This document shows, in pieces, positions 15,602-24,969 of a stretch of 64,000 nucleotides of DNA (within the stretch, counting starts at the first letter, position 1; every line of letters starts with the position of its first letter). Position numbers and translations under genes: made by a program. The notes under the pieces are model-generated. The model had not been told where the DNA came from and made no database searches. It saw only the letters and a list, made by a program, of their open reading frames with translations. The DNA comes from an uncultured Candidatus Kuenenia sp. (GTDB taxonomy: Bacteria > Planctomycetota > Planctomycetia > Pirellulales > UBA1268): positions 25,582-89,581 of the forward strand of contig CAZJHQ010000003.1 of the NCBI GenBank assembly GCA_964545915.1, read 5' to 3'.

Positions 15602-16507
15602 GTGGCGATGAACACATACCGCGTTTTCGAGGAACTCAAGGCATCGTTGGGTGAGCCCGCCGCCAAGGCGCTCGTCGAGACCCTCGGCGGAATGTTCGAG
15701 GAACTCAAGAACACCGTCACGAAAGAGGACTTCCGGCTCCTCGGGGAGTCCATCGACGCCAGCGTGTCGCGGCTCGATGGCGCCATGATTCGGCTCGCCG
15801 AGGCCCAGACCCGGACGGAGGAGCGCCTCAACGAGCTTGCCCAGGCTCAGACCCGGACGGAAGCAAGAATTGAGGAACTTGCCGAGGGGCAAGGGCGTCT
15901 GTTCGAGGCCCAGGCCCGGACGGAGGAACGTCTCAACGAGCTTGCGCAGGCCCAGACTCGGACGGAGGCGCGCCTCAACGAGCTTGCGCAGGCGCAGACT
16001 CGGACGGAGGAACGTCTCAATGAGCTTGCGCAGGCGCAGACTCGGACGGAGACAGAAGTCAAGTCGCTCGCGGTGGCGTTGGAGCGGCTCACGATCCGCA
16101 CCGACGCCGTCGTCGGCCGCACCTTCGAAATCCAGTTCCGGGACCGGCTCACGGCCTATCTGGGGCGGTTCCTCCGCCGCGGCAAGCTCCTGGCCAATGA
16201 CGAGCTGCTCGACCTGATCGAGCCGAAGGTGACGGAACGAGAGGCGGACGATTTCCTGCGGGCCGACGCCGTGGCGTCCGGATTGGTGGACGGCGTCAAG
16301 AGCTACGTCGTGGTCGAGGTCTCTTCCACCGGCGACATCGACGACATCCTTCGGGCCCAGCGGCGCGCCGACGTTCTCCGCAAGGCGGGCCTGGCGGCCA
16401 TTCCGCTGGTCGCCTGCGATGCGATTTCGCCCGAGTCGTTGGCCTTCGCCAAGCTTCGCGAGGTGCGGGTGTGGTGCAACGGTTCAATGGTCGAGGCGGC
16501 GGCCTGA
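15602..16507 (+). CDS. coiled-coil protein with 14-aa tandem repeats and a C-terminal globular domain (possible PD-(D/E)XK-like fold)
   Basis: Six units of [14 protein letters not shown]-type repeat. The C-terminus ...[10 protein letters not shown]...[15 protein letters not shown] resembles a D...EVK nuclease-fold core with Ser in place of Lys. Confidence 0.7.
   Translation: MAMNTYRVFEELKASLGEPAAKALVETLGGMFEELKNTVTKEDFRLLGESIDASVSRLDGAMIRLAEAQTRTEERLNELAQAQTRTEARIEELAEGQGRLFEAQARTEERLNELAQAQTRTEARLNELAQAQTRTEERLNELAQAQTRTETEVKSLAVALERLTIRTDAVVGRTFEIQFRDRLTAYLGRFLRRGKLLANDELLDLIEPKVTEREADDFLRADAVASGLVDGVKSYVVVEVSSTGDIDDILRAQRRADVLRKAGLAAIPLVACDAISPESLAFAKLREVRVWCNGSMVEAAA
15803..16052 (+). 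repeat. in-frame 42-nt tandem repeat (about 6 units)
   Basis: GCCCAGACYCGGACGGAGGARCGYCTCAAYGAGCTTGCSCAG repeated; one unit is interrupted by a longer variant. Confidence 0.85.
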
Positions 16508-16556
16508 CCGCCAGGCCGCGCCGACGCTGATCGATCCGGCCGACGGGTGGTGACCT

Positions 16557-19490
16557 TCAGCGTGCTGGTGCTTCGGCCCAGGCGGAGACGGGCACGCAAC
16601 TGCAAAACAGATTGCGGTCGCCGTGGACGTTGTCCACGCGGCCCACCGGCGGCCAGTATTTCGACCGCTTGAGCGTGGCGACGGGAAACGCCGCCGTCTC
16701 GCGCGGATAGGGATGCCGCCAGTCGGTCAATGCGACCGCGGCCGCCGTGTGCGGGGCGTTCTTGAGCGGGTTGTCGTCCTGCGGCCACTCGCCCGCCTCG
16801 ATGCGGGCGATTTCGCCGCGGATCGCGATCATCGCCTCGATGAAGCGGTCGAGCTCGGCCAACGGCTCGCTCTCCGTCGGCTCGACCATCAGCGTGCCGG
16901 GCACCGGGAAGCTCAGGGTCGGCGCGTGGAAGCCGTAGTCGATGAGCCGCTTGGCCACGTCTTCGGCCGTCACGCCGCTGGTCTCCTTGAGCGGCCGCAG
17001 GTCGAGGATGCACTCGTGGGCCACGCGGCCGTTCGCGCCGCTATACAGCGTGGGGAAGTGGCCGCGGAGTCGCACGCTCACGTAGTTGGCCGCGAGGATC
17101 GCGGCCTCGGTGGCGTGCTTTAGGCCCTCGGGCCCCATCATCCGGCAATACATCCAGCTGATCGGCAGCACCGCGGCGTTGCCCAGCGGCGCCGCCGATA
17201 CGGCGCCCACGGCCCCCGGCGGCAGGCCGCCCGTGGCGTGGCCGGGCAGGAACGGCACGAGGTCCTCGACCACGCACACCGGGCCCACGCCCGGCCCGCC
17301 GCCGCCGTGCGGGATGCAAAAGGTCTTGTGGAGGTTGAGGTGGCTGACGTCCCCACCGAAGCGGCCCGGCGCCGCCAGGCCCACCAACGCATTCATGTTC
17401 GCCCCGTCCACGTACACCCGGCCGCCGTGGCGGTGCACGATGGCGCACAGTTCCCCGATCGCCGTCTCGAACACGCCGTGCGTGCTCGGGTAGGTGATCA
17501 TCACCGCGGCCAGGCGGTCGGCATGCTCCCGGCACTTGGCCTCGAGGTCGGCGAGGTCGACGTTGCCGGCCGCATCGCAGGCGGTGACCACCACCTGCAG
17601 GCCGACCATCTGGGCGCTGGCGGGATTCGTGCCGTGGGCGCTGGCCGGAATCAGGCAGATGTCGCGGTGGCCTTGGCCGCGGGACCGCTGCCAGGCCTGG
17701 ATCGCGAGGAGGCCGGCATACTCCCCCTGGCTGCCGGCGTTGGGCTGGAGGCTGATGCCGGCATAGCCCGTGGCGGCCGTGAGCCACCCGCGGAGCTGGC
17801 GTTCGAGAACGGCATAGCCCTCGCGCTGGTCCGCCGGGGCGAAGGGGTGCACATGGGCGAACTCGGGCCAGGTGATCGGGATCATCTCGCTGGTGGCGTT
17901 GAGCTTCATCGTGCAGCTGCCCAGCGGGATCATGCTGCGGTCGAGGGCCAGATCCTTGTCGGAAAGCCCGCGGATGTACCGCAGCATCGCCGTCTCGGAG
18001 TGGTGCGAGTTGAAGACCGGATGGAGCAGGAGATCGCTTGTCCGCCGCAAGGCCGGCGGGATGAGCGGTTCCACGCCCCGGTCGAACGCGGTCCCGTCGG
18101 GCACCGCCTGGCCGGCCGGCGCGAACACGCCCCACAGCCGCGTGAGATCGTCGCGGGTGGTCGTCTCATCGAGCGTGATTGCCAGCGTGTGCGGATCGAG
18201 CGTGCGGAGATTCATCCCCTGCTCGCGGGCCCGGGCCGCGAAGGCCGCCGTGCGGTCGCCCGTGTCGAGGCTCACGGTGTCGAAGGCGTGGGCGTTGCGC
18301 ACCCGCACGCCGAGCCGCTTCAGGCCCTCCGCCAGGATGGACGCATAGGCCGCCACCCGTCCCGCGATCCGGGCCAGCCCGGCGGGCCCGTGGTAGACGG
18401 CGTACATGCTCGCCACGACGGCCGGCAGCACCTGGGCGGTGCAGATGTTGGAGGTCGCCTTCTCGCGGCGGATGTGCTGCTCGCGGGTCTGGAGGGAGAG
18501 CCGGTAGGCGGGCGCACCGTGGGCGTCGATGCTCACGCCGACGAGCCGGCCCGGCAGCGACCGCTTCAGTTCGTCGCGACAAGCCAGATAGGCGGCGTGC
18601 GGGCCGCCGCAGCCCATCGGCATGCCGAACCGCTGCGTGCTGCCGACGACGATGTCGGCTCCCCACTCACCCGGCGGCACCAGCAGCACCAGGGCCAGCG
18701 GGTCAGCTGCGACGCAGAGCAATGCCTGCCGCGCATGCACGCCATCGGCGAGGCCCCGCCAGTCGTCGACGGCGCCGTCGGTGGCCGGATACTGCACCAG
18801 CGCCCCGAAGCAGTCGCGGCTCTCGATCAGGCTGCCGACGTCGCCGACCACGACCTCGATGCCCAGCGGCGCGGCCCGCGTGGCCAGCACCTCGAGCGTC
18901 TGCGGATGGCAGCGGCGGTCGGCGAGGAACACGGTGCTCTTCGACCCCGCCGTCCGGCGGGCGAGCGTCATCGCCTCGGCGGCCGCAGTCGCCTCGTCGA
19001 GCATGGAGGCATTGGCGATCGGCATGCCGGTCAGGTCGCAGACCATCGTCTGGAAGTTGACCAGCGCCTCCATCCGCCCCTGGCTGATCTCCGCCTGGTA
19101 GGGCGTGTAGGCCGTGTACCAGGCGGGATTCTCCAGGATGTTCCGCAGGATCACGCCGGGCGTGAACGTGCCGTGGTAGCCCTGGCCGATGAAACTCTTG
19201 AGCAGCCGGTTGCGGGCCGCGATGCCCTGCAGCTCGGCAAGGGCGGCGGCTTCCGTGATCGCCGGCGGCAGGTCCATGCGGTCGTGCCGGGCGATGCCTG
19301 CCGGCACGATCTCGGCGATCAGCGCCGCGCGGGTGGTCGCGTTGACGGCGTCGAGCATGTGTCGCTCGTCGGCGGCGGACAGGCCGACGTGGCGGCCTTC
19401 GAACTCGGCAGGCTGCTCGAGCACTGCCAGCGGCAGGGCGGCGGAAGCGGCATCACGAACGGCCGCTGGGGACGCGAGGAGGTCGGACAT
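16557..19490 (-). CDS. gcvP: glycine dehydrogenase (decarboxylating), single-chain P protein
   Basis: [28 protein letters not shown] and the PLP-lysine region [22 protein letters not shown] at 19490 ([10 protein letters not shown]). Confidence 0.95.
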   Translation of the reverse strand: MSDLLASPAAVRDAASAALPLAVLEQPAEFEGRHVGLSAADERHMLDAVNATTRAALIAEIVPAGIARHDRMDLPPAITEAAALAELQGIAARNRLLKSFIGQGYHGTFTPGVILRNILENPAWYTAYTPYQAEISQGRMEALVNFQTMVCDLTGMPIANASMLDEATAAAEAMTLARRTAGSKSTVFLADRRCHPQTLEVLATRAAPLGIEVVVGDVGSLIESRDCFGALVQYPATDGAVDDWRGLADGVHARQALLCVAADPLALVLLVPPGEWGADIVVGSTQRFGMPMGCGGPHAAYLACRDELKRSLPGRLVGVSIDAHGAPAYRLSLQTREQHIRREKATSNICTAQVLPAVVASMYAVYHGPAGLARIAGRVAAYASILAEGLKRLGVRVRNAHAFDTVSLDTGDRTAAFAARAREQGMNLRTLDPHTLAITLDETTTRDDLTRLWGVFAPAGQAVPDGTAFDRGVEPLIPPALRRTSDLLLHPVFNSHHSETAMLRYIRGLSDKDLALDRSMIPLGSCTMKLNATSEMIPITWPEFAHVHPFAPADQREGYAVLERQLRGWLTAATGYAGISLQPNAGSQGEYAGLLAIQAWQRSRGQGHRDICLIPASAHGTNPASAQMVGLQVVVTACDAAGNVDLADLEAKCREHADRLAAVMITYPSTHGVFETAIGELCAIVHRHGGRVYVDGANMNALVGLAAPGRFGGDVSHLNLHKTFCIPHGGGGPGVGPVCVVEDLVPFLPGHATGGLPPGAVGAVSAAPLGNAAVLPISWMYCRMMGPEGLKHATEAAILAANYVSVRLRGHFPTLYSGANGRVAHECILDLRPLKETSGVTAEDVAKRLIDYGFHAPTLSFPVPGTLMVEPTESEPLAELDRFIEAMIAIRGEIARIEAGEWPQDDNPLKNAPHTAAAVALTDWRHPYPRETAAFPVATLKRSKYWPPVGRVDNVHGDRNLFCSCVPVSAWAEAPAR

Positions 19491-19538
19491 GGAAGGGCTC
19501 CACGAGCGGGGCGTCGGCGGTGCCGACACCGGGAACCC

Positions 19539-19697
19539 TGTTGTCCTGGAACCTGAGAGATTCGCCGCGGACCACGCCCGCGGTTTGCCCCTTCGGTGGA
19601 CGCATGCCATGCGGCCCGCGTCGCTCTCCAACAGTTGTTTCGTCAGTCCTTTTGCCTGAGCGTTCTGCCTTCGGCGGCCTTGCGGCTCTCTCCTGAC
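19539..19697 (-). promoter_or_regulatory. tandem glycine riboswitch
   Basis: Minus-strand aptamer 1: GUCAGGAGAGAGCCGCAAGGCCGCCGAAGGCAGAACGCUCAGGCAAAAGGACUGAC (P1 GUCAG/CUGAC). Aptamer 2: UGUUGGAGAGCG...CCACCGAAGGGGCAAACC...CUCUCAGGUUCCAGGACAACA (P1 UGUUG/CAACA). Lies about 50 nt upstream of the gcvP ATG. Confidence 0.9.
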
Positions 19698-20109
19698 GCC
19701 CAAAGTCTAGTCGTCCGCGCCGGGAACGACAACCGCGAGCCTCGGGCTCGGTGACCGTTGCGATCGCGGAGACGTGGTCGTTCGACGCGGTGCGGAGCTG
19801 CTGCCCCTTCGGGTATGATCTCCCGCTACGGAAGCGACGGCGTCTCGAAAGGCTCGGTCGGGGCTACCGCTGCCCGTCGAAAAACCGTTCATGGCCTTTT
19901 CCCAATTGATTCGGCTGCATGAAACCTCCCAGGCTTCGACTCGCTCGAGGCTGCGTGCGGTTCGCCATTCCTGGCTGCGCCGGTCAGCCACGCCGGCTGT
20001 CGGGCATGGGCAACCCCGCCCCGACCGTCTTTGCCCAGGCGCCGTTCGTGCGCGAGGCTCAAGTGTGAGCCGTATTGCGCGCCGCATTGTTTCGAGATCG
20101 CGGTGACCC

Positions 20110-21288
20110 ATGATGCGTAAGTCCATCCACTGCATCGGCTTGTTGGTGGCGGCGCTCGTGCCGGCTGCCGCCTGCGTCGGCCGCGAGCCGTTCACCCTCG
20201 CGGAAGGCGACCGCGTCGTCTTCCTGGGCAACGGCGTCATCGAGCAGGAACACGCCTGCGGCGAACTCGAAACCAGGCTCACCAGGCGCTGGCCGCAGGC
20301 TCACGTGATCTTTCGCAACATGGGCTGGAGCGGCGATACCGTCCGGGGGATGGCCCGCACCGGGGGCTACGAGCAGCCCGATGGCTTTGCCCGGCTGCTC
20401 AAGGAAATCAACACCCAGAAGCCGACGGTGATCTTCGTCGGCTATGGCCTCAACGAGTCCTTCGCCGGCCCGTCGGGGCTCGCGGGCTTCGACGGCGATT
20501 ACCGCAAGCTCGTCGACCAGCTCGCGCCGCTTGGGGCCAGGCTGGTGCTGCTCTCACCGACATGGCACGAAGACCTGGGCCGGCCCCTGCCCGACCCGGC
20601 CGGGCACAACAAAGACATCGAAACCTACGCCGCGGCGATCGCACGGATCGCGGGTGAGCGGCAGGCGGCCTATGTGGACGTCTTCGCGCCGCTGCGTGAC
20701 GCCAAGGCTCGTCGCCCGACGCCGCTGACGACCAACGGCATCCAGCTCAACCCCCGGGGCTATGCGGAGTTCGCCGCCGCCATCGAGCACGGGCTGGGGG
20801 TGGCTCCGCCGCCCTGGGAGATGCAGCTCGGCGATCGGGGCGTGAAGGCGACGGGCTGCACCGTCAAGCAACAGGCGCCGGCAGGCGGGGGCTGGAAGGT
20901 CGTCGTCGTCGACGACGTGGTGCGGGTTCCGGGAGAGCCGCTGCGGTTCACATGGGCTGGTGCTCGCGGCGGCGACTACGAGATCGCATGCGACGGCGAG
21001 ATCGCGGCTACCGTGCCGGCGGCGAAGCTGGCCGCTGGCGTCGTCCTGGAGGGGTCGATCGTCTGTCCGGAAGGCGAGAAGCTGCGCCGGGCGATCGTCA
21101 AGAAAGGTGAGCTCTTCTATCGCCGGTGGCGTCCGTTCAACGACCACTCGCGACACTGGAACTACATCCGCGGAGACTTCGCGCTCTACGACGAAGAAAT
21201 CGCGGCACTCGAGAAGACGATCGCGGAACTCCGCGTGCCGCGGGAGCGAACCATCGAGGTCCGACCAGTAAAGAGGAACTCACGATGA
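20110..21288 (+). CDS. SGNH/GDSL-fold protein, catalytic residues apparently substituted
   Basis: Signal/lipobox-like MMRKSIHCIGLLVAALVPAAAC. SGNH blocks FRNMGWSGDT and GYGLNES are present, but block I reads FLGNGV and block V reads NGIQLN. Confidence 0.75.
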   Translation: MMRKSIHCIGLLVAALVPAAACVGREPFTLAEGDRVVFLGNGVIEQEHACGELETRLTRRWPQAHVIFRNMGWSGDTVRGMARTGGYEQPDGFARLLKEINTQKPTVIFVGYGLNESFAGPSGLAGFDGDYRKLVDQLAPLGARLVLLSPTWHEDLGRPLPDPAGHNKDIETYAAAIARIAGERQAAYVDVFAPLRDAKARRPTPLTTNGIQLNPRGYAEFAAAIEHGLGVAPPPWEMQLGDRGVKATGCTVKQQAPAGGGWKVVVVDDVVRVPGEPLRFTWAGARGGDYEIACDGEIAATVPAAKLAAGVVLEGSIVCPEGEKLRRAIVKKGELFYRRWRPFNDHSRHWNYIRGDFALYDEEIAALEKTIAELRVPRERTIEVRPVKRNSR

Positions 21289-24200
21289 GCCGTGCTCGAT
21301 CACGAGACGCCGGCAGTGCGCCGCGAGGTGACGCAGCCGCGAAACGCCGCCTGTCGGGTGTCGTTTTCACGGCTCTGGTCGCCGGAGCATGGCTCTGCCA
21401 TGGGGCGGCGGTTCACGCGCAGCCGGCGAACATGGACGACGACCCAGCGGCGCTCATCGCGGTCACAACGCTGCCGGACAACTACGAGCTGCAACTCGTG
21501 GCGATGGAGCCGGACGTCATCAACCCCATCCAGATCAACTTCGACACGCGGGGCCGGCTGTGGGTACTGTGCGCGCCCAGCTATCCGCAGCTCCTGCCGG
21601 GGCAGTCACCGCAGGACTACGTGGTCGTGCTCGAAGATTTCGGACCGGATGGGCGGGCGAAGAAGGTGCGGAAAGTCGTCACGGGGCTCACGGTTCCCAC
21701 CGGGATGATGCCGGGCGACGGCGGCGTCTACGTCGGCCAGGGGGAAACTCTGCTGTTTTTTCCCGAACATGAGGGCGGCGTCGAGAAACGGGTCGTGCTC
21801 ACCGGCTTCGGCACCAACGACACGCATCACACCATCAACACGTTTCGCTGGGGGCCGGAGGGCCGGCTGTATTTCAATCAGGGTTTGTACATCCGCAGTA
21901 CCGTGGAGACGCCGTACGGCCCACGGCAGCACTTCGGTGGCGGCATCTGGCAGCTCCGCACCGATCGCCTGAAACTCGAGCTCTTCGACCGCTCGATCCT
22001 GTTGAACAACACCTGGGGCCACGACTTCGACGCCTGGGGCCGGTCGTTCATCGCCAGCGCCTGGCCGGGTCGTCTCAACCAGGTGCTCCCCGACTCGCCG
22101 CTGCAGCGGACGAACGATCCAGCGACCGTGCCGCCGCTGGCCATCACGCAGATCGGAGGCGATCGTCATTGCGGGCTCGAGATCGTCGGCGGCCGCCACC
22201 TGCCGGACGACATACAGGGCAACTTCATCACCGGCGATTTCATGTCGCATCACATATATCGCTACGACGTGGAGGATATCGGCAATCGCTTTGTGGCCAC
22301 GCGGCTGCCGTCGCTGGCGCAGTCGAAGCATCCGCGCTTCCGCCCGGTCGACATCCGCATGGGCCCCGACGGTGCGATCTATGTGGCGGACCTCTTCCAG
22401 CGGATCATCCAGCACAATCAGGTGAACTTCCGCGATCCACGCCGCGATCACACCCGCGGCCGGGTCTGGCGGATCGTCCGCAAGGATCGCCCGCTCGTCG
22501 AGATTCCGCAGCTCGTCGGCGTGCCGGCGAAGCAGGTCGTCGCCCGGCTGAAGGATCCGGAGCCCTGGACGCGGCTGCACGCCCGGCGGGCACTCATGGA
22601 AGGCGACGCCAGCGCGGCGAAGGCCGCGCTCGATGCGTTCGTAGCCACGCTCGACGAGCGGGATGCCGCGACGCCGCAGGCGCTCCTGGAGGCCTTGTGG
22701 ACCTACCAGGCGCTCGACGAAGTCGCGGCCGACCTGCTCCGCCGACTCCTGAAGTCGCCCGATCCGCGGATTCGCGGCGCTGCCACCAAGGTGATCGGCG
22801 AGTGGCATGAACGCCTCCCCGAAGCGGTCGCCTGGCTGGCGACACTGGCCGCCGATCCACATCCGCGGGTGCGACTGGAGGCGGTGCTCGCGGCCACGCA
22901 CATTCCCTCGGCCTCTGCCATCGAATCAGCCCTCGTCGCTCTCGACCATCCGCTGGACCCGCTGCTGGAGTTCTCTCTGCGTAAGGCGGCGATCGTGCTC
23001 GCGCCCTACTGGCGACCGGCCTTCCAGGCCGGACAGCTGCCGTTCGACGGCAAGTCGAACCGACTTACGTTCGTCCTCCAGGCGGTCAAGGCCCCGGACG
23101 CCAGTCCGCGGCTCGCCGATCTTGTGAGCCGCGGGGCCGTGACCGGAGACGACGCCGCGAACATTCTCGTGCTCCTCGCGTCGACCAAGGACTATCGCGA
23201 GTTGTCGCTCGAGCGGGCCGTGGTGGCGGAGGGTGGGTTGTCGGCCGCCCAACGAGCCCGGGTCGTTGAGGCGATCGAGCGGTCGCTGCCGTCGCAGTTC
23301 AAGCCGAGTGAGAAGCAGGTGGCGGCGGTCAAGAAACTCATCGACGATCCGTCATCGGCTGTCGCCGCCGCGGGTCTGCGTCTGGCAGCGGCCATGCGGG
23401 CGACCGATCCGGGCACCGTTGAGGCGATCGCGACCGCCTCGCAGACCGACGCGGTTCGTCGCCAGGCCGCGATCGTGGCCCTCGGGCGGCTCCAGGGGAA
23501 GGCCGCGGCGCCGGCGTTGATTGCCCTGGCCTCGGCGGACCGACCGGCCGAGACGCGGCTCGCCGCGATCGCGGGGCTCATCGCCGTCGACGTGCAGGCG
23601 GCCGCGGATCAGGCCGCCTCGCTGCTGGAGCGACCGGCCGGCGGCGGCGTGGATCTGGAGCCGTTGTTCACGGTTTTCCTGCAGACCAAGGGGGCCGCCG
23701 AGGCCTTGGCGACCGCGCTCCAGGCCAAGAAACCCGACGCCGACGCCGCCCGGGTCGGGATGCGGACGCTCGCAGCGCTGGGCGTATCGCCCCCGTCGCT
23801 CACCGCCGTCCTCGAGGGTGCCTCGGCCGCCGCCGCACGGCAACGTGTGCTGGATGCCGCCGAATCGAAGCGGCTGCTCGGCCTGGTTTCGAAGGAAGGC
23901 GACCCGGCCCGCGGTGAAGCGGTCTTCCGCCGGTCCGCGCTCGCCTGCCTGAGCTGCCATGCGATCGGCGGCGCCGGCGGTATCGTCGGCCCCGATCTGT
24001 CCGGCATCGGCACCAGTGCCCAGCCGGATTACCTCCTCGAATCGATCGTGATGCCCAGCAAGAAAGTGCGGGAGGGCTACAACACCGCTAACGTCGTCAC
24101 CACCTCCGGAAAGGTGATCCGCGGCATCGTTCAGCGGGAGTCGGCGAAGGAGCTGCTGATTCGCGATCCGAAGGGCGCGGACGTCGTCGTCGCCGCCGAC

Positions 24201-24770
24201 GACATCGAGGAGAAATCGCTCGGCGGGTCGCTGATGCCCGACGGGCTCGACCGCTCGCTCACCGACGCGGAGCTGGTCGATCTGGTCCGCTTCCTGTCGG
24301 AGGTCGGCCGCCCCGGACCGTACAGCGTTTCGCATGTGCCCGTCGCGCGGCGCTGGGAGGTGCTCACCGATCCGCCCGCAACGTTCCGCGGGCTCGATGC
24401 CCGCGAGCTGGGCCGCACGTTGAGGGAGAACGCCGGCCTGGCCTGGAAGGCCGCCTTCAGCCGGGTCGCCGGCGGCATCCCGCTCGACGAGTTCGCAAAT
24501 CCGCCCGACGTCGTGTTTCTCCGCACGCAGATCGAGATGATCACGCCGGGCAGGATCGGGTTTGACATCGGTTCACCGGACGGTGTGCAGGTCTGGGCCG
24601 ACGATGCTCCCGTCGCAGCGTCGGAGCGGACGACCTGCACGCTCTCGGCAGGCTTCCACGCGATCACGTTTCGCATCGACTTGCAGCGACGAGCCAATCC
24701 CCTGCTGCGGTGCGAGCTCGTGGACGTGCCCGGCGGCGGGCGGGCCCGATTCGTCTCGCAGGCGCCGTAG
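21285..24770 (+). CDS. PVC-type heme-binding protein (membrane-bound dehydrogenase-like propeller + HEAT repeats + C-terminal cytochrome c)
   Basis: ATGA overlap with the SGNH gene. N-terminal signal. DVINPIQINFDTRGRLWV propeller-type start. C-terminal CLSCH heme motif. Confidence 0.85.
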   Translation: MSRARSRDAGSAPRGDAAAKRRLSGVVFTALVAGAWLCHGAAVHAQPANMDDDPAALIAVTTLPDNYELQLVAMEPDVINPIQINFDTRGRLWVLCAPSYPQLLPGQSPQDYVVVLEDFGPDGRAKKVRKVVTGLTVPTGMMPGDGGVYVGQGETLLFFPEHEGGVEKRVVLTGFGTNDTHHTINTFRWGPEGRLYFNQGLYIRSTVETPYGPRQHFGGGIWQLRTDRLKLELFDRSILLNNTWGHDFDAWGRSFIASAWPGRLNQVLPDSPLQRTNDPATVPPLAITQIGGDRHCGLEIVGGRHLPDDIQGNFITGDFMSHHIYRYDVEDIGNRFVATRLPSLAQSKHPRFRPVDIRMGPDGAIYVADLFQRIIQHNQVNFRDPRRDHTRGRVWRIVRKDRPLVEIPQLVGVPAKQVVARLKDPEPWTRLHARRALMEGDASAAKAALDAFVATLDERDAATPQALLEALWTYQALDEVAADLLRRLLKSPDPRIRGAATKVIGEWHERLPEAVAWLATLAADPHPRVRLEAVLAATHIPSASAIESALVALDHPLDPLLEFSLRKAAIVLAPYWRPAFQAGQLPFDGKSNRLTFVLQAVKAPDASPRLADLVSRGAVTGDDAANILVLLASTKDYRELSLERAVVAEGGLSAAQRARVVEAIERSLPSQFKPSEKQVAAVKKLIDDPSSAVAAAGLRLAAAMRATDPGTVEAIATASQTDAVRRQAAIVALGRLQGKAAAPALIALASADRPAETRLAAIAGLIAVDVQAAADQAASLLERPAGGGVDLEPLFTVFLQTKGAAEALATALQAKKPDADAARVGMRTLAALGVSPPSLTAVLEGASAAAARQRVLDAAESKRLLGLVSKEGDPARGEAVFRRSALACLSCHAIGGAGGIVGPDLSGIGTSAQPDYLLESIVMPSKKVREGYNTANVVTTSGKVIRGIVQRESAKELLIRDPKGADVVVAADDIEEKSLGGSLMPDGLDRSLTDAELVDLVRFLSEVGRPGPYSVSHVPVARRWEVLTDPPATFRGLDARELGRTLRENAGLAWKAAFSRVAGGIPLDEFANPPDVVFLRTQIEMITPGRIGFDIGSPDGVQVWADDAPVAASERTTCTLSAGFHAITFRIDLQRRANPLLRCELVDVPGGGRARFVSQAP

Positions 24771-24969
24771 AGGCCACCGCCCCCTGCGGCGCCCGCCGCT
24801 GCCCGCCCTCGCATGCTCGTGCCCGTTACCGCCGCCGCCCGCGAGGGCCGGCCCCCGCGGCCTCGCGAATCCCGGGAAATCCTCCCCATCCGTTACCGAA
24901 ACGCCGGTTTCTGTCATCTTCTCCATGAGGGCGAAAGTGCGCCCTCCCCGCCCCTTCCCGCCCCGCACG

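Noticed and set aside
15803-16052. Non-coding VNTR or CRISPR-like array
   Set aside because: The 42-nt period is in-frame within a well-formed coiled-coil ORF. The units are contiguous with no spacers.
11095-16507. Calling the MotA-like cluster a bona fide Zorya defence system
   Set aside because: No ZorB-type peptidoglycan-binding domain and no ZorC/D/E-like helicase, HNH or other effector could be recognised. The MotA tail is much shorter than I would expect for ZorA. The flanks are housekeeping genes. I kept it only as an alternative hypothesis in the finding.
19707-20282. 191-aa ORF upstream of gcvP, and the N-terminal extension of the gcvP ORF to 19703
   Set aside because: The gcvP ORF extension overlaps the tandem glycine riboswitch, and 19707-20282 lies just upstream of it in the promoter region. 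The ORF has shadow-ORF composition. The [10 protein letters not shown] start at 19490 fits GcvP N-termini.
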